From a virus, in IMG/VR virus record IMGVR_UViG_3300032282_001282, positions 22,284-86,283 of that record: a DNA stretch of 64,000 bases; one strand, 5' to 3'. Positions 63,661 through 64,000 of this stretch are shown here, piece by piece. A model generated the notes under the pieces. It worked only from the letters and a program-made list of their open reading frames with translations, was not told the origin of the DNA and ran no database searches. Positions within the stretch are counted from its first letter, which is position 1. The number at the start of each line of letters is the position of its first letter. Made by a program: the position numbers and the translations under genes.

Positions 63661-64000
63661 ATGACAGAACGAGATCTTGGCGTTTACGTCCTGGATATTT
63701 CGGAACCTGTTTTTAGATATCACTTTAATGAACTAGTAGGTCCTGCTAGAAATAGTTGGACCTATTATTCTGAACGTGAGCAGTTTATCAACAGCGAGCA
63801 TGAACGCAAGGTTGCTTGTTTTCAAATTCCATATCCATACAACAATAGCGTCGAGAAAGAAATTGATGCTATATACGATCACTGCGACTGTATTATTATA
63901 CTAGGCAGTGAACTACACGCTCGTACTGTAGATTTTATGCGTAGGTTTGATAGACCTAAGATACGCTGGTTTGTCTGCGGTATGCTAAATCAAAGACTGC
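63661..64000 (+). CDS. hypothetical protein, runs off the window edge
   Basis: Open frame from ATG at 63661: MTERDLGVYVLDISEPVFRYHF... Confidence 0.5.
   Translation, partial: MTERDLGVYVLDISEPVFRYHFNELVGPARNSWTYYSEREQFINSEHERKVACFQIPYPYNNSVEKEIDAIYDHCDCIIILGSELHARTVDFMRRFDRPKIRWFVCGMLNQRL

Noticed and set aside
1-64000. Bacterial chromosome or prophage origin
   Set aside because: Host-like genes are orphaned among T4-like replication and structural genes and dense small ORFs with TAAATA late-type motifs; no integrase or housekeeping operons seen
1-64000. Alternative genetic code
   Set aside because: Long genes read through intact in the standard code and end at TAA, TAG or TGA with normal coupling

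Overview
This window is a segment of a large AT-rich, T4-like (myovirus-type) phage genome, with genes mostly on the minus strand. The host is probably a freshwater betaproteobacterium, judged from the Bug/TctC proteins, a Burkholderiales-type porin, IF-1, ErpA and an ANDEQFALAA tmRNA tag. It carries replication/repair genes (clamp loader, ATP-dependent ligase, DnaE fragment), a baseplate/tail-fibre block (13.5-22.4 kb) and many host-like auxiliary genes (PhoH, GroES, SOD, ErpA, IF-1, ClpP, ADP-heptose enzymes, porin, TctC/DctP solute-binding proteins). Most notable: (1) a circularly permuted two-piece tmRNA whose intervening segment is filled almost exactly by a GNAT-like gene; (2) a ~8 kb RiPP-like tailoring cluster (radical SAM/SPASM, B12-radical SAM, five 2OG-Fe(II)-type oxygenases, methyltransferase) beside an Asn-Cys-repeat, virion-like protein; (3) repeated TctC/DctP + PP-loop + oxygenase modules without permeases; (4) a ~520 nt structured GC-rich non-coding region; (5) several distinct regulatory motif classes. 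All calls come from reading motifs by eye; no database searches were run.
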